From NCBI RefSeq assembly GCF_001194135.2, contig NC_068985.1:90373206-90416946 (forward strand): a DNA stretch of 43,741 nt, written 5' to 3'. Positions 22,901-36,009 of this stretch are shown piece after piece. The translations under genes were made by a program, and so were the position numbers. The notes below the pieces were generated by a model. The model saw only the letters and a program-made list of their open reading frames with translations. It made no database searches and was not told where the DNA came from. How positions within the stretch are numbered: the stretch's first letter is position 1; the number at the start of each line of letters is the position of its first letter. The DNA is from Octopus bimaculoides (Eukaryota).

Positions 22901-23606
22901 TACATTCTCCACTGATGAGGATTAACGGATGTTTATATATACGCCTTTATTTTATTCAAATTTCATTTAATCTCTTATCAAAGAAAATCCTTCTTCAACC
23001 GAAAATATTTATTTTCTAAAAAACAAACAAAAAAAAAATGAATAAAAAAATTAAAATGTATAATAATTTCACTTAATTTTTAAAATAATATTTAGAATTT
23101 TTTCTTCTTTGATTTTCATTTAATCCTCAAGGATTCCTGTCGGATTTTCTTGGAAAATGAAAGAGTATATTAAATATCTTCATTCATCTAAGTTCTATTT
23201 CGTAATATTAATGACAATACCCTTTTCTAGAAAGAAGCTACAGTAGAATTTAAAGAAAGAAAAGTTGTAATTAGCAGTATCATGATTTAATTAGTCATTC
23301 TGTTATAACATTTTCCATCATTATAATTGGACAGCAGATTTATTTTTTCTTCACTGAATAAATGATTAAGTACATTTGCAAATTTAATCGCCTCAAATTG
23401 TAAACTCACATGGAATTGACTATGATGTTAAAATTTAAATATCTGCTCCGATATACATGTATTTTATTGAAAAATAAACGCATTTTCAATTTCAATAAAA
23501 TGCAATCATTATATTTTAAAATGAAATCGTTTTTATAAGTGTTTCTTTATACAAAACCATTTAAAATATATTACAACATTCTACATGACATTAAGTCATG
23601 ATCACT

Positions 23607-23608
23607 GA

Positions 23609-23678
<70 letters not shown>

Positions 23679-23710
23679 TATTATTACTATTGTTATTACT
23701 AGTAGTAGTA
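23607..23710. repeat. (TTA)n microsatellite with degenerate end
   Basis: Direct reading. Confidence 0.95.
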
Positions 23711-23900
23711 ATATGATTTAGAAGCAAGTAAACTTCGTGGTAAATCAAACTTTATACATTCTCGGCGAATGTTTCGAAGATAAAAATACCATTGTCAAAA
23801 TCGTAACCAATATCATATCATAAACAGTGTAAATGAAATGTATGTATGTATGTAAGTATGTACGTATGTATCTACGTATGTATGAATGAATGTATGTATG

Positions 23901-24065
23901 TCGATTACATCGACTCCAGTGTTCGATTGGTACCTATTTTATCTATCCCGAGGGGATGAAAGGCAAGGTCAACCTCGGTGAAATATGAACTCAGAATGTA
24001 AAGACAGACGTAATGTCTCTATGCATTTTCCCCTGCGTTGAAACAATCCTGCATGTGCGCCGCCT
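23901..24065 (-). mobile_element. SINE family A, diverged, tail missing
   Basis: tcgattacatcgac.ccagtg...ggtac.tatttt...ggatgaaaggcaa.gtc.acctcgg...tgaactcagaa.gtaaagacagacg...cgccgcc. Confidence 0.8.
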
Positions 24066-24084
24066 CAGTGTAATCATTATATTC

Positions 24085-24270
24085 TTTTCTACTCTAGGCA
24101 CAAGGCCTAAAATTTTGGGGGAGGGGCGAGTCGATGAAATCGACTCCAGTATGCAAATGGTACTTAATTTATCGACCCCGAAGTGGTGAAAGCAAATCTA
24201 CCTTGCTGGAATATGAACTCAGAACATAAAGATAGACGAAACACCACTAATATTTCTGTCTGTGCCCCGC
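24085..24270 (-). mobile_element. SINE family A variant with alternative 3' tail
   Basis: Shares the core ggtacttaatttatcgaccccgaa...gaactcagaac; tail differs (ttttctactctaggcacaaggcc.aaaattttggggga). Confidence 0.8.
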
Positions 24271-24964
24271 ATTTGTGTACTCAATACATTTATAACAATA
24301 TTATCATGAATAAAATTATAAAACAGTGATAGCAATATAATGCTAATGAGATAACATATACAAAGCATAACATTCGAACTTTATATTTTTATAATATTAA
24401 TTAATTCATTTTTGTCAAATACACTCTACTAATTAGTGTTTATTAACTATTAATAGCATATGTTTACCATGAAATGCAATACATGGCTCTTATTCTTGGT
24501 GAATGGGATATCATTAAATGATATTTGTCGAACTATAAACACATATTGTTATATATCATTTTGCGTGATATGTCAAGTGCAGGTTCTTTATAAATTTGAA
24601 ATGTAGATATTTCGATGGAATCCAAATTGTTGAAATCAATACGTCTCTGAGTCACTAAACTCTGACCCAAGAGATTATTGACATTGTGATTTATAAACTT
24701 ACTAGAATCGTTAATGGTGCTCTTGATAAACAATCTCCACAGCGAGAAAAAATACCTTGCGCGTATATGATTATAATAATTCATTTCTAAAATCGTTATC
24801 ATGGAATGTTGTACACGCACACACATTTACCCACACCATTCTCTCACATACGCGTAGTGATATATAAATAAATATATATTAGCGTGTCTATGTATGAATA
24901 TGTAAGCTGTGTGTGTCTTTGTGTGTGTCTAATATACACATACACAAACACACACAAACATATA

Positions 24965-25790
24965 TTAGGTCGTCAAGTATGAAATTTGTAGAAAAGTAAA
25001 AACATGTTTGCTAATGTTTTATAAATACAAGGAATAGTTTTATTTATCAAAGTATGCACCCATATTGTCAATACACTTGTGCCATGTCGGCGGTAGCTTG
25101 ACCAGCCCAGAACTGTAAAAGCCTGGCAAGGTAAAGTCAATAAAAATCTTGGAAACTGTTTTACCGCATTCTCGGAATTAATTATTTTTCCTATCAAAAA
25201 CTTATCCAAATTCTGAAAGAAGTGGTAGTCAGTGGGGGAAGATCAGGTTAATACGGCGGAAAATGGACAACTTCGAACTCCAAATCCTCAACTTTTGCCA
25301 ATGTCATTTTTGAAGTGTGTCGTCAGGCGTTTTCTTGCAATAAAATAGCAGTGAACCTGTTGACTAATCTAGACTATTGTTTTCGTAAATTTCTGCATCA
25401 TTTGGTACTGTTGGTTGCAGTACACGTCGGCCGTGATTGATGAGCCAGGTTTAATGAAATCATAATGGATCACACATGCGCCAGACCACGAAACACACAC
25501 CAACAGCTTCTTTTGATGAATTTTCCTTTTTGGACTGTTATTTGCTGACTCGTCTTTGTCCAACCATTGTGCCGAACGCTTACAGTTGTTGTTTTGGATT
25601 AATTTCTCATCAGATGTTACAATTCGATTGAAAAATGATTAATTTTTGTGACAAGAAAGTAGCATAATGAAGACATCCAAAAATTGCTGTTTCTGATTTT
25701 CATTGAGTTCATGCGGAACCCACTTATCCAAATTTTAACTTTACTGATATCGACTCGACCGTGGATATACTGCCTGCGATGAATAATTTG
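24965..25790 (-). mobile_element. Mariner transposase pseudogene, C-terminal part, with one terminus
   Basis: DKWVPHELNE, RIVTSDEK, KLLVCVSWSGACVIHYDF.KPG.SITA.VYC and PPY*PDL/SPTDYHFFQNL. TA followed by ttaggtcgtc... at 24963 resembles a mariner end. Confidence 0.9.
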
Positions 25791-25809
25791 TCGTCATAGT
25801 ATATTTTAT

Positions 25810-26526
25810 TGTGCGCATGCACATTGTTTGTTTTTGAGTTTGTTGACTATACAGTGTAGCATGGTTAGTTGGGCCCAGTCTGTGAGAAAAACAGCACAAT
25901 TAGGCAATTCACTCTGCCTGAAATTTACTACTGTACTGCTTGGCTTTCGTGCCGGAAGCTCCAATACGAACATTTCAGAGTATTTGGGTGTCAAACTGAG
26001 GACATGTACCGAGAGTGATGAAAATCAAACAGCCAGTCAACATCATGGTATCTATAGTGATCATTAGTGATGTCGACGTTATGCCATTATTCACCTTCTC
26101 CCACGGTCTCAGACTCAACGCGGAGGTCCACATCAAATGCTTGAAGGAGGTAGTGCTGACCTGGTTCAAGCGGGTGCCTGCCGGAAGACCCAATATCTAG
26201 CAATACGATTCTGCAACATGCCATAGGACCCAATCATAGCTGTTAGACAATTTCTGTGATCACTCACCAGACTGCAACTGCCTTGATTATTATCTATGGG
26301 ACGCATTTGAGCGAGAAACCAACAAAACTCCTTGCAATACCAAATAGGAACTGATGGCAAGGATTATGGCAGCATTTACCAACTTAAACAGCGATTTTAT
26401 TTAAAACATTTACTCTTTAGTATTTCAAGATATTTTTACTTAATTTTGGCAAATATATTTGTTAAATTGAGATGTCAGTTTTATTTTCATATTTGCAAAA
26501 ATTAGATGACAGTTTATTCACCCTGT
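25810..26526 (+). mobile_element. Internally deleted DD37D (maT-type) Tc1/mariner remnant
   Basis: N-terminal VLLG.RAGSSNTNISE.LGV.LRT joined directly to KQPVNIMV...MP.F.F.HGLRLN..., GRPNI*QYDSA.CH, SPDCNCLDYYLW..ERETNK.PCNTK. Right end ...ttattcaccctgt resembles a CAGGGTG terminal repeat. DD37D spacing is inferred from family motifs because the interval is partly deleted. Confidence 0.8.
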
Positions 26527-26539
26527 GGAGATATTTTTT

Positions 26540-27130
26540 TCAGACATTTTTCAGAAAATCTGCCTGTGAGGCTGTATGGCATTTAATGATTTTTGAGATG
26601 CGTTTGCGGTATTTATTCTTGTACGAGTCGTCAGTTGTACTTATGTGTGTGCACTGTGCATTTATATACGATGTTGCAAGTCGTGCAGACATTACCGACT
26701 GGGCGACTTGATTTGTCCCTACAATAGCATTTATTGCTGGCTGTTGTTTGTGACCGGCGGCTATAATGAAATGGTCACGCAGTTCTCGTTACTTGTCGGT
26801 TCGTGTACATTATGTTGCTATGCAGCCTCCCGGAGCTACTTGAGACTTGGTTGTCATTATTTCCGGATTGTTCCGTGCTATCTGTTCCTGCGCCCGTCTC
26901 TCTCTGGGGGTAGGTCGACTAAGCATTGGCTACAGGTTAATTAGTTGAGAATGACCTGGGTGTATTGTTCGAGCCCTTGTTTAATCTCCTGTTTTTGATT
27001 CGGTGCAAATGCTGCACCAAGTTGGAGGAGCTTCTGTATGACACCTTCAAGCTACTCCTGTTAAATAGGGAGTCGTATTTGTGGGATTTCAGGATTTCGG
27101 CAAACACCTATCCAATATTGCTAGGAACTA
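26540..27130 (-). mobile_element. Penelope-like element fragment (RT-EN linker and start of GIY-YIG)
   Basis: NIG*VFAEILKSHKYDSLFNRSSLKVSY and CYCRDKSSRPVGNVCTTCNIVYKCTV, matching the PLE motifs FNRxxxKVSY and CNCxxxxxCPxxGxCxxxNIVYxAxV. Confidence 0.8.
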
Positions 27131-27702
27131 TTTAGCGTTCTTCGAAGAAACATTGGATGCGTAGATCGGATTATTTCAGATTACATATATGTGTATGTAT
27201 GTATTTGTCTGTGTGCATGTACGTGAGTATTCGTATGCGTATTAAATGTGTATATATTTATGTGTCTGTGTTTGCTTGTATATCTGTATATGGCTGGGGA
27301 TATGTATATAAGCATATACGTATATGTGTTGTGCGTGTGTAAGAGTGGGAGCAATGAATGTTACAGCGTTATTAATACATTAAAATCACTTTGTAAAATG
27401 ATTTCATTAGAAAACCAGCATCTATATTGAATATGAATTATGGTTTCCAGATCCATACAGATTATCAATATCTGATATCTGATATATATCACATAATAAT
27501 ATGACAAATTCTACCGTACATTTATTAATTATAATTTATTGAATGTGCTTACGGTACTAACATGGAAACCTTATATATTATTTGCTATGTTTGTTACTAA
27601 AATACATTACTACCAATATATCAACGATGGCAAGTCGTTGACATATCATACAAACACGATATATGCTTTAAATATTTCTGTGCAGCGCTTTTATATATGA
27701 CG

Positions 27703-27868
27703 GAGGCCGAGCTGGCAGATACGTTAGCACGCTGAGCAAAATGCTTAGAGATATTTCGTCTGTCCTTATTTTCTGAGTTCAAACTACCCGGAGATCGACT
27801 TTGCCTTTCATCCTTTCGCAGTCGATAAATGAAGTACCAGTTGCGAACTGGAGTCGCTTTAATAGACT
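27703..27868 (+). mobile_element. SINE family A, tail truncated
   Basis: gagctggcaga.acgttagcacgc...gagttcaaa.tac.c.gag.tcgactttgcctttcatcctttcg; reverse complement of 2250-2408. Confidence 0.85.
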
Positions 27869-29044
27869 GCTTAAAGTAGAATAGAAATGCCAAGACTCTC
27901 AAGAAGTAATTATGAATCACTCCAAAGTGAATTGAAAGCAAAAGATTATGGAACATAAACTAATTCGTTGTTTCAGTAGCACGTAGTCAATATGCTAAAC
28001 AATGCTTCGTGTATGGGACACACGAATAAACACACGAGGTCTATTGGCATCCAAACTGAAACTAAGTAAACGGGTGATTTAAATGACATCTGCTTTCTCT
28101 TTGCCATCGAAGGTTTCCCTGTAAACTTACCTGCCTCATTCATAGTCTTTTTCATTTCTACTCCAGTCGCTTTCCATCTCTTTCTCTCATTCACTCATTT
28201 TATTTATATGTCAGCTGATATTATATTATTATATCTGGTTCGTTTGAGAAGTTTAACCAACGCGGTATGCCATACAGGTGCAATGATTATATGTTGGTTG
28301 GTGAGTGATAGAGCACAGGGTCCGGGAATCATAGAAAAACTCAAATAAACACAATTGAACATTGAACGAAATCGAGGTTTTAATGTTACTTTACTTTGTG
28401 TGAGATATAAGTATGTATATATGAACATGTATATATGTGTGTGTGTGCGTGTATGTGAGTAAGTGTGTATGTATATATATGTATGTTTGTGTTATTGGGT
28501 GTATGTATATATGTATGTATGCAGTAACAGGATACACACTGAATCGCCAGTGTAGTTAATGAGGAAGGTTCTGCTGCAAAGCCTGCGAAAGTGCATGTTT
28601 ATCAAGAGCTGGGTTCAACAGTCACTAATATACAAATGCACGCGCGCACACTTGTATGTATTCACACACACAGACAGACATATATACATAAACAGAGAGA
28701 GCGATAAAAAAAAAGAGAGAGAGAGAGAGACAGATGGATAGGCAGACAGATAAATTGATAGCGAGATAGATAGATACATACATAGATACAGAGAGATATA
28801 GATGGATAGATAGATAGATGTAGAGAGAGAGAGCGAAAGAGAAAAATAGAAATATATAAGTATAAATATATTTATGCATGTGCATGAAGGTGTAGAAGTT
28901 AGTGTGTGTCTGTGTATGTTTTTGTGTGTGCATGCGAGAGTATGTGCTTGCACACATATACATATATGCGGGTGTACATACACACACGTATACACAGACA
29001 TAGCGCGAAATCATTTTTTTTTTATGTCTGAATATAGGAAATAG

Positions 29045-29700
29045 ATTATGTCTGAAAGATGACACTCAGCTTCCAGCTCGGTTTCAAAATGCCTCTAAAA
29101 TCTAGCGCAAATGTCTCACACTATAGCGCTGGGACCGTATCCTTCTGGCCACTTGATTTTGGTTATCAGCTCAGCCTTTGTGTTGTGGGCAAAACGGTTG
29201 GAATCTTTCCCAAACATTATAAGCTTTGGAATTACAATCAATGGAATTAGAAGGCTGCAAATTTGGATTGATGAAATCGTAGAAATTCTTCAACAACGAT
29301 TTGAACTGTTTAGAGAAGAATGGCAAGGTGCTGAATCCTGATGCCACTTGTATAACAAATCTCTCCAGGCAAGTATTGACTATAGTCGTCGGCATCTTCA
29401 TACGACAGTCTAAACTGAGCCTAAGGTCCTGTTCTCGGACTTGGAGAAGAATTTCTGTTTGCGAGGGAAAACAGCATGCCTATGGAGTTCCTTCCTGTTA
29501 GAAACAGCTTCGTTGTCCCCGTAGCGGCTGTCCATGTCACGTCTTAGAATCTTTTACAAACGTTTACAATATTCACTGAGCGTTGAGCATATGTCATGAC
29601 GTTGGCATTTCGATACGCTGCGAGGTTTTTCGAAATGTAATCTTCATGATCTCCGTCACCGTTAGCTATTCACCAGTACATTAAGCTGCTTTAGAAAAAA
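29045..29700 (-). mobile_element. Second internally deleted DD37D (maT-type) remnant, different subfamily
   Basis: Minus strand: EQDLRLS.D..KM..T.V...LER, WHQDSAPCHSS, KNFYDFINPNLQPSNSIDCNSKAYNVW, NTKAELITKIK and ICARF*RHFE..LEAE. Confidence 0.8.
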
Positions 29701-31639
29701 CGGGAAACCTAAAATATTGTCTACTTTGGCAATACATACATACATTCAAAGAAAAAAAACAAACATGCACATGAATATATATAGATAGATGGTATGTATG
29801 TATCTACGTATACATAGATACATGCATAAACACATACATATAGAGCGATGTAAATATTCATACGTATTCTATTAAAGTGGTTTTGCTTCTATCTTTCTTT
29901 TGGTGATATACAGCTGTATCGCAATGAAACACAATATTATTCACTTATTTACTCTCTTTGTAAAACAACAAACTATGTAATAATTGTCAAAGTCCTTTTA
30001 TTTGCAAGCAGTAACAGTCAAATGAAAAGAAGATATATTTGTTATTTCCAATTTAAAAGAATAGATGCTACTGAAAGCTATACACACATAAGATGACCTA
30101 TAGAAAAACCCACACGTTTGTAATTCAAATTAAATAAATATATATATCTTTATATTCATACATATACATGTATATANNNNNNNNNNNNNNNNNNNNNNNN
30201 NNNNNNNNNNNNNNNNNNNNNNNNNNNNNNNNNNNNNNNNNNNNNNNNNNNNNNNNNNNNNNNNNNNNNNNNNNNNNNNNNNNNNNNNNNNNNNNNNNNN
30301 NNNNNNNNNNNNNNNNNNNNNNNNNNNNNNNNNNNNNNNNNNNNNNNNNNNNNNNNNNNNNNNNNNNNNNNNNNNNNNNNNNNNNNNNNNNNNNNNNNNN
30401 NNNNNNNNNNNNNNNNNNNNNNNNNNNNNNNNNNNNNNNNNNNNNNNNNNNNNNNNNNNNNNNNNNNNNNNNNNNNNNNNNNNNNNNNNNNNNNNNNNNN
30501 NNNNNNNNNNNNNNNNNNNNNNNNNNNNNNNNNNNNNNNNNNNNNNNNNNNNNNNNNNNNNNNNNNNNNNNNNNNNNNNNNNNNNNNNNNNNNNNNNNNN
30601 NNNNNNNNNNNNNNNNNNNNNNNNNNNNNNNNNNNNNNNNNNNNNNNNNNNNNNNNNNNNNNNNNNNNNNNNNNNNNNNNNNNNNNNNNNNNNNNNNNNN
30701 NNNNNNNNNNNNNNNNNNNNNNNNNNNNNNNNNNNNNNNNNNNNNNNNNNNNCATGTTAGAATATTTAGAAAACAGAATATAAAAGAAAGAAAAAAACAG
30801 TATCAGAATAACATGACATGAAATTAAATTCCTACAATGGAATTAATATTAAAGTTTTGCTAAATGTTTTCACACAACAACACAAATAAAATATATTTTC
30901 ATATTGAAATATATTTTTTCATGAAATAATAATTTATTTCAGGATAGAAGTTAAATTCATTGGGGAAACAATACCTAGCTAGAGTAATTTTCAGCCTTTG
31001 TAAATAGGTAAAGCATTGAAAAAAAAAAAAAAAGAGAGAATAACAGGATAACAGGCCTTCAAAAATATTCTGAATGGACTTCATATTAAGGTTTCCTCCC
31101 AAAAGAGGACATGTTTTAAAAAATATATTTTTCATTGTACATGCTTCTGCCTGCATTTATCTGTGTGGGAGTAAACATATATATGTATATATATACACAC
31201 ACAAATATATATATTTATGTATATCAATGTATGTTGTATATACGTGTATGTAAGTGTATATATACATATATGTTCATATTCATCTACACATATATGTGTG
31301 TGCATGTGTGTGTGTGTGTGCGTGCGTGTAAGTATGTGTGTGTGGGCGTGTGTGTAAGTCTGTCTGTGACAATATAATTTTTAAACATATTATTCAGATG
31401 TGACTTCGAAGTTTACGTCAAGACAAACAAATTAGAGTAACAGCTCTCTCATTAAAGTAAGATTTTTATTACAACTATACAAGAACAAAAATTACTACAT
31501 GTTCATACACACATAAACACAAACGCGCACACACACAGACACACAAATATTCATTTGCGCGCTTCAATCTTTCAACTGCAGTCATACTTAAGCACCACTA
31601 AAATGGTGGAGAGTAAGCATACGTAAGCACCACCAGAAT

Positions 31640-31800
31640 GGTTTTAGTCGAAGAAATCGACACTAAGACTTATTCTTTTTAAGTCTAGTATTTATTCTAT
31701 CGGTCTGTTTGGCCCAACTGCAAAGATACAGGGCACTAAACACGCCAAAATTGGTTGTTAAGCGATACTGGGGGTACACACACTGACACAACGACACACC
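31640..31800 (-). mobile_element. SINE family B, 3' half
   Basis: Minus strand: gcttaacaacc...ggcgtgttta...agaccgatagaataa.tactag.ctta.aaagaataagtc...gtcgattt.ttcgactaaa. Confidence 0.75.
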
Positions 31801-32866
31801 CACACGCACAGTGACACCCCCACACACAGTGACACAAACACACACACATATATAACACGCACAAGCACACACACAGGCACACACGCACACACGCACACAA
31901 ACACATGAAAAAGTGTAGGAAGTCCATGTATTGAATCTTGAAGTTCTTTTTCGGAATCATAACGTAACTGTTGTGCAAAAGATGCATTGTACTTTTTCCT
32001 GTAGACCATATGTTGCTATGAATTACCAAAGAGAGACGTGATAGAAAGAAATAGCATATTGGGAATGGTAAGCGTGTTATGTAAACTGCTAGTAATCTTT
32101 ACTTTATAAACATACAGTTCTTGATTGTTTTAAACTTGTGGAGGATGGCGTTTCTGTCTAATGCGCTTCCCTGCTTACTCAAAGTATTAATAACCTCGCA
32201 TGTTCCTCCGAAACATAAATCAGAGCAGGCGGATAACGAAAACTTATTCTTGTGAACGAATGTCTCTCTCTGTCGAAGGAGAAATATGTGAGGAGGGCAT
32301 GCAGGCGTCTGCTTACTTGGACCGTTTATATGGTTGAAACAAGCATATATATGTATATATATGTGTATATATATATATGTGTATATATATATATATATGT
32401 ATATATATGTATATATATATGTGTGTATATATATATGTGTGTATATATATATATNNNNNNNNNNNNNNNNNNNNNNNNNNNNNNNNNNNNNNNNNNNNNN
32501 NNNNNNNNNNNNNNNNNNNNNNNNNNNNNNNNNNNNNNNNNNNNNNNNNNNNNNNNNNNNNNNNNNNNNNNNNNNNNNNNNNNNNNNNNNNNNNNNNNNN
32601 NNNNNNNNNNNNNNNNNNNNNNNNNNNNNNNNNNNNNNNNNNNNNNNNNNNNNNNNNNNNNNNNNNNNNNNNNNNNNNNNNNNNNNNNNNNNNNNNNNNN
32701 NNNNNNNNNNNNNNNNNNNNNNNNNNNNNNNNNNNNNNNNNNNNNNNNNNNNNNNNNNNNNNNNNNNNNNNNNNNNNNNNNNNNNNNNNNNNNNNNNNNN
32801 NNNNNNNNNNNNNNNNNNNNNNNNNNNNNNNNNNNNNNNNNNNNNNNNNNNNNNNNNNNNNNNNNN

Positions 32867-32920
<54 letters not shown>

Positions 32921-33490
32921 CACACATGCATATATCAATCATATATATGAATGTAGCTGTGTATTTCTGTGTGAAATTGTGTGTATACATGTGAACATGC
33001 CGAACATGATATTCACAACTTGCATGTTAAATCGCATAGTTTACTTCCCGGGTATTCGACATTTACTAAGAAAGTGTATCCTGCTGTAGAGAGAACTCGA
33101 ATCGAAATATTCATGCTTGCGTCTACCTATATATTTACATGTGTATATTTATAAACTCCGTTTAACCTTACTGATTTTTTAAGCGTTTCTGCCTATACTC
33201 ACGTTTCTTTACCTCTGGAGAATACAAAATTTTCTTGTGATACCTTGTAATATGTCACTGTTTGTCACGCATATAACACTTCCTGGATATAAAATGTAAA
33301 CAAAGTAGGGTTTTTTTTATGTGCAAGCATTAAATTCTGATTTATTATTGTATTTGAAAATACTTGTAGAGGAATCTGTTATATAAAATATCTTATAAAA
33401 ATTGTATAAATAAATGGAAGTTTTGTGTGATAACTATGTACGCATCCATCTAAAAACTACATTATAAAGTGAGAAGAAAAATGAAAGATA

Positions 33491-33529
<39 letters not shown>

Positions 33530-34439
33530 NNNNNNNNNNNNNNNNNNNNNNNNNNNNNNNNNNNNNNNNNNNNTTTTATTTAAGACATATATACAAGCGA
33601 ATGGAATATGAAGAAATAAAAACATAAAGGAATAATAAACTAGAAATGAAGACGACTGAAACCGAAAAAAGAAAAGATAATAAGTTTACAGAAGAAAGAG
33701 AAAGAGACAAGGAATAGATAATAGTAATGGACTGAAAACGCTAAATTGATTTTGCGTAGAAGTGCGAAATAAGATACGGAATGTAAAATAAGAGAATCAT
33801 AAGTCTCAAAATTGTTTGTACACTAGAGTTGGAATTGAGATCCGTTTAGATGCTAGTGAATAGTTCAGAATTAACCAACCAAATACTGCGATAGTTAATT
33901 ATTATGGAGGATATGAAACGACTAATATTGCATACAGGTATGAGCAGATAACGAAATATGCTTTGGTTAATTCATTTTGAAAAGAACATCCAACGTAAGA
34001 ATGAGCAAAGTGCAAAGTACACAAACGGACTGCATGGATGGAAAAAATCTGCTAAGAGCTGATATATCTTTTCTACTTGAAGCAAGCAAAGGGAAAACTA
34101 ATAAACCCAACAAACCAATAAGAACAATAGCTAAACATGACATTTACAAAATGCACAAGATGCAGAGGATATACAGATTGAAACATTCAACTAAAATCTA
34201 GAATTGAAATTGAAACATTTGGCAAGACCCCCCCCCCCAAAAAAAAAGCTCAGCATTCCATAAACAAAACATTGTTTCCAAAGAGAACACAAAATATGTT
34301 TAAATGTAACTGGGGGAAAATACTATTATTGTGAAAACACCTCCTTCTGAGCAGTAAACTGAAGATTTTTGGAAGAAACATTTAAAGTTATCCAAATGAG
34401 TTTAATCGGAATGCACAAGAGGTCAGGGATATATAAGAG

Positions 34440-35812
34440 ACCAATGCCCAGCTCAAATATTAAGAATTAAACTGAAAATAGGTGGACAAAGAAAAGAATA
34501 CATTGTTAGTTTCATAGAGATGTTGAAGAAAAGACAGACATAGAAACAAGATGCCCGTGGATGACTAAAAGTTATTTTGAACCGAAAACGGAGGCTCTAG
34601 TGTGTGCTGAACAAGAGCAAGCACTAAGAACATAACATACAGAATAGATAACACATTAGAAAGTGATAAGTGCAGTGTCTGTGGACAAAACGGTGAAAGT
34701 GTATGGCATATTACCATTCAATGTACGCCACAAGCCTAGAAGTAATACAAGAGATACCACGACAATATAGCAAGGCTTGTCCAATGGGCACTTTGCAAGA
34801 TGTATGGACCTGACAGAGCAAACACTTGGTACGACCACAAACCCGAAGGCATTATCGAAAATGTTAATGCAAAGATCCTATGGGTTTTTTGATGATTCAG
34901 TGTGACCATGAGATAGAGAATAGGAAACCGGACATAGTCTTCATTGAGAAAGAAAACAAACTTTGCTGGATAANNNNNNNNNNNNNNNNNNNNNNNNNNN
35001 NNNNNNNNNNNNNNNNNNNNNNNNNNNNNNNNNNNNNNNNNNNNNNNNNNNNNNNNNNNNNNNNNNNNNNNNNNNNNNNNNNNNNNNNNNNNNNNNNNNN
35101 NNNNNNNNNNNNNNNNNNNNNNNNNNNNNNNNNNNNNNNNNNNNNNNNNNNNNNNNNNNNNNNNNNNNNNNNNNNNNNNNNNNNNNNNNNNNNNNNNNNN
35201 NNNNNNNNNNNNNNNNNNNNNNNNNNNNNNNNNNNNNNNNNNNNNNNNNNNNNNNNNNNNNNNNNNNNNNNNNNNNNNNNNNNNNNNNNNNNNNNNNNNN
35301 NNNNNNNNNNNNNNNNNNNNNNNNNNNNNNNNNNNNNNNNNNNNNNNNNNNNNNNNNNNNNNNNNNNNNNNNNNNNNNNNNNNNNNNNNNNNNNNNNNNN
35401 NNNNNNNNNNNNNNNNNNNNNNNNNNNNNNNNNNNNNNNNNNNNNNNNNNNNNNNNNNNNNNNNNNNNNNNNNNNNNNNNNNNNNNNNNNNNNNNNNNNN
35501 NNNNNNNNNNNNNNNNNNNNNNNNNNNNNNNNNNNNNNNNNNNNNNNNNNNNNNNNNNGTCGATGAAAAAGGTGGTAGTAGTACCAATAATTGTCGGAAC
35601 CTTGGGAACAGTGAGTAAACATCATGAGAAGTACATGGAACAAATAGGGGATGCAATAAGTTTGGAGCACTTGCAGAAAATAGCACTGTTTGGAACCGCT
35701 AGACTACTCCAGATGGTGCTCGAAAACTGTGGCTTGTTATCTTGGATCACAGGTAGTGAAAAACTGGCACCAGAGTACCTCTCCAATGTTAGAAGCTGTG
35801 CAAAGACGTTAA
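34440..35812 (+). mobile_element. R4/Dong-like (RLE) non-LTR retrotransposon, 3' part, interrupted by N-gap
   Basis: TEALVCAEQEQALRT, CCHC-like knuckle KCSVCGQNGESVWHITIQC, YKRYHDNIARLV.W.LC, endonuclease ENRKPDIVFIEK..CWI and terminal VVPIIVGTLG...LQKIALFGTARLL. Confidence 0.9.
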
Positions 35813-35945
35813 ATAGTAATGGTGATAATGATGAAGATGGTGGTGATGATGATGATGATAACGACGACAACAACAACAACGCAACAACAAGAACAATAAT
35901 AATAATAAGAAGAAGAAGAAGAAGAAGAATTATGATAATAACAGC
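35813..35945. repeat. Compound (GAT)/(CAA)/(TAA)/(GAA) trinucleotide tail
   Basis: Direct reading; lies immediately 3' of the LINE. Confidence 0.85.
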
Positions 35946-36009
35946 AAACGAATCATACCTAAGATTGAAATACTCCAAAGCAACTGTTTCTAGCAATAAA
36001 TATATCAAT

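Noticed and set aside
22912-22945. CTGATGAG motif
   Set aside because: No downstream GAAA or closing stems. The same applies to CTGATGA at about 36662, 37771 and 39340, which lie inside LINE or Tc1 sequence.
22369-23019. 216-aa ORF rich in C/V/Y/I (and similar ORFs at 28615-29065, 31135-31377, 41151-41953)
   Set aside because: Produced by degenerate TG/TA dinucleotide sequence that is poor in stop codons; no protein-like signal.
23901-24270. Tandem family A pair as a third case of self-targeting
   Set aside because: The left copy retains its whole head and about 20 nt separate the two, so the junction differs from those at 2176 and 3846.
636-35686. Long ORFs in the track containing X runs (for example 636-1568, 9235-10398, 12652-13965, 30168-30821, 34736-35686)
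   Set aside because: They are open only because they cross N-gaps (756-1330, 3172-3423, 4705-5154, 5482-5869, 9361-10018, 11624-11998, 12888-13863, 16545-16961, 30177-30752, 32455-32866, 33530-33573, 34973-35558, 40754-40853).
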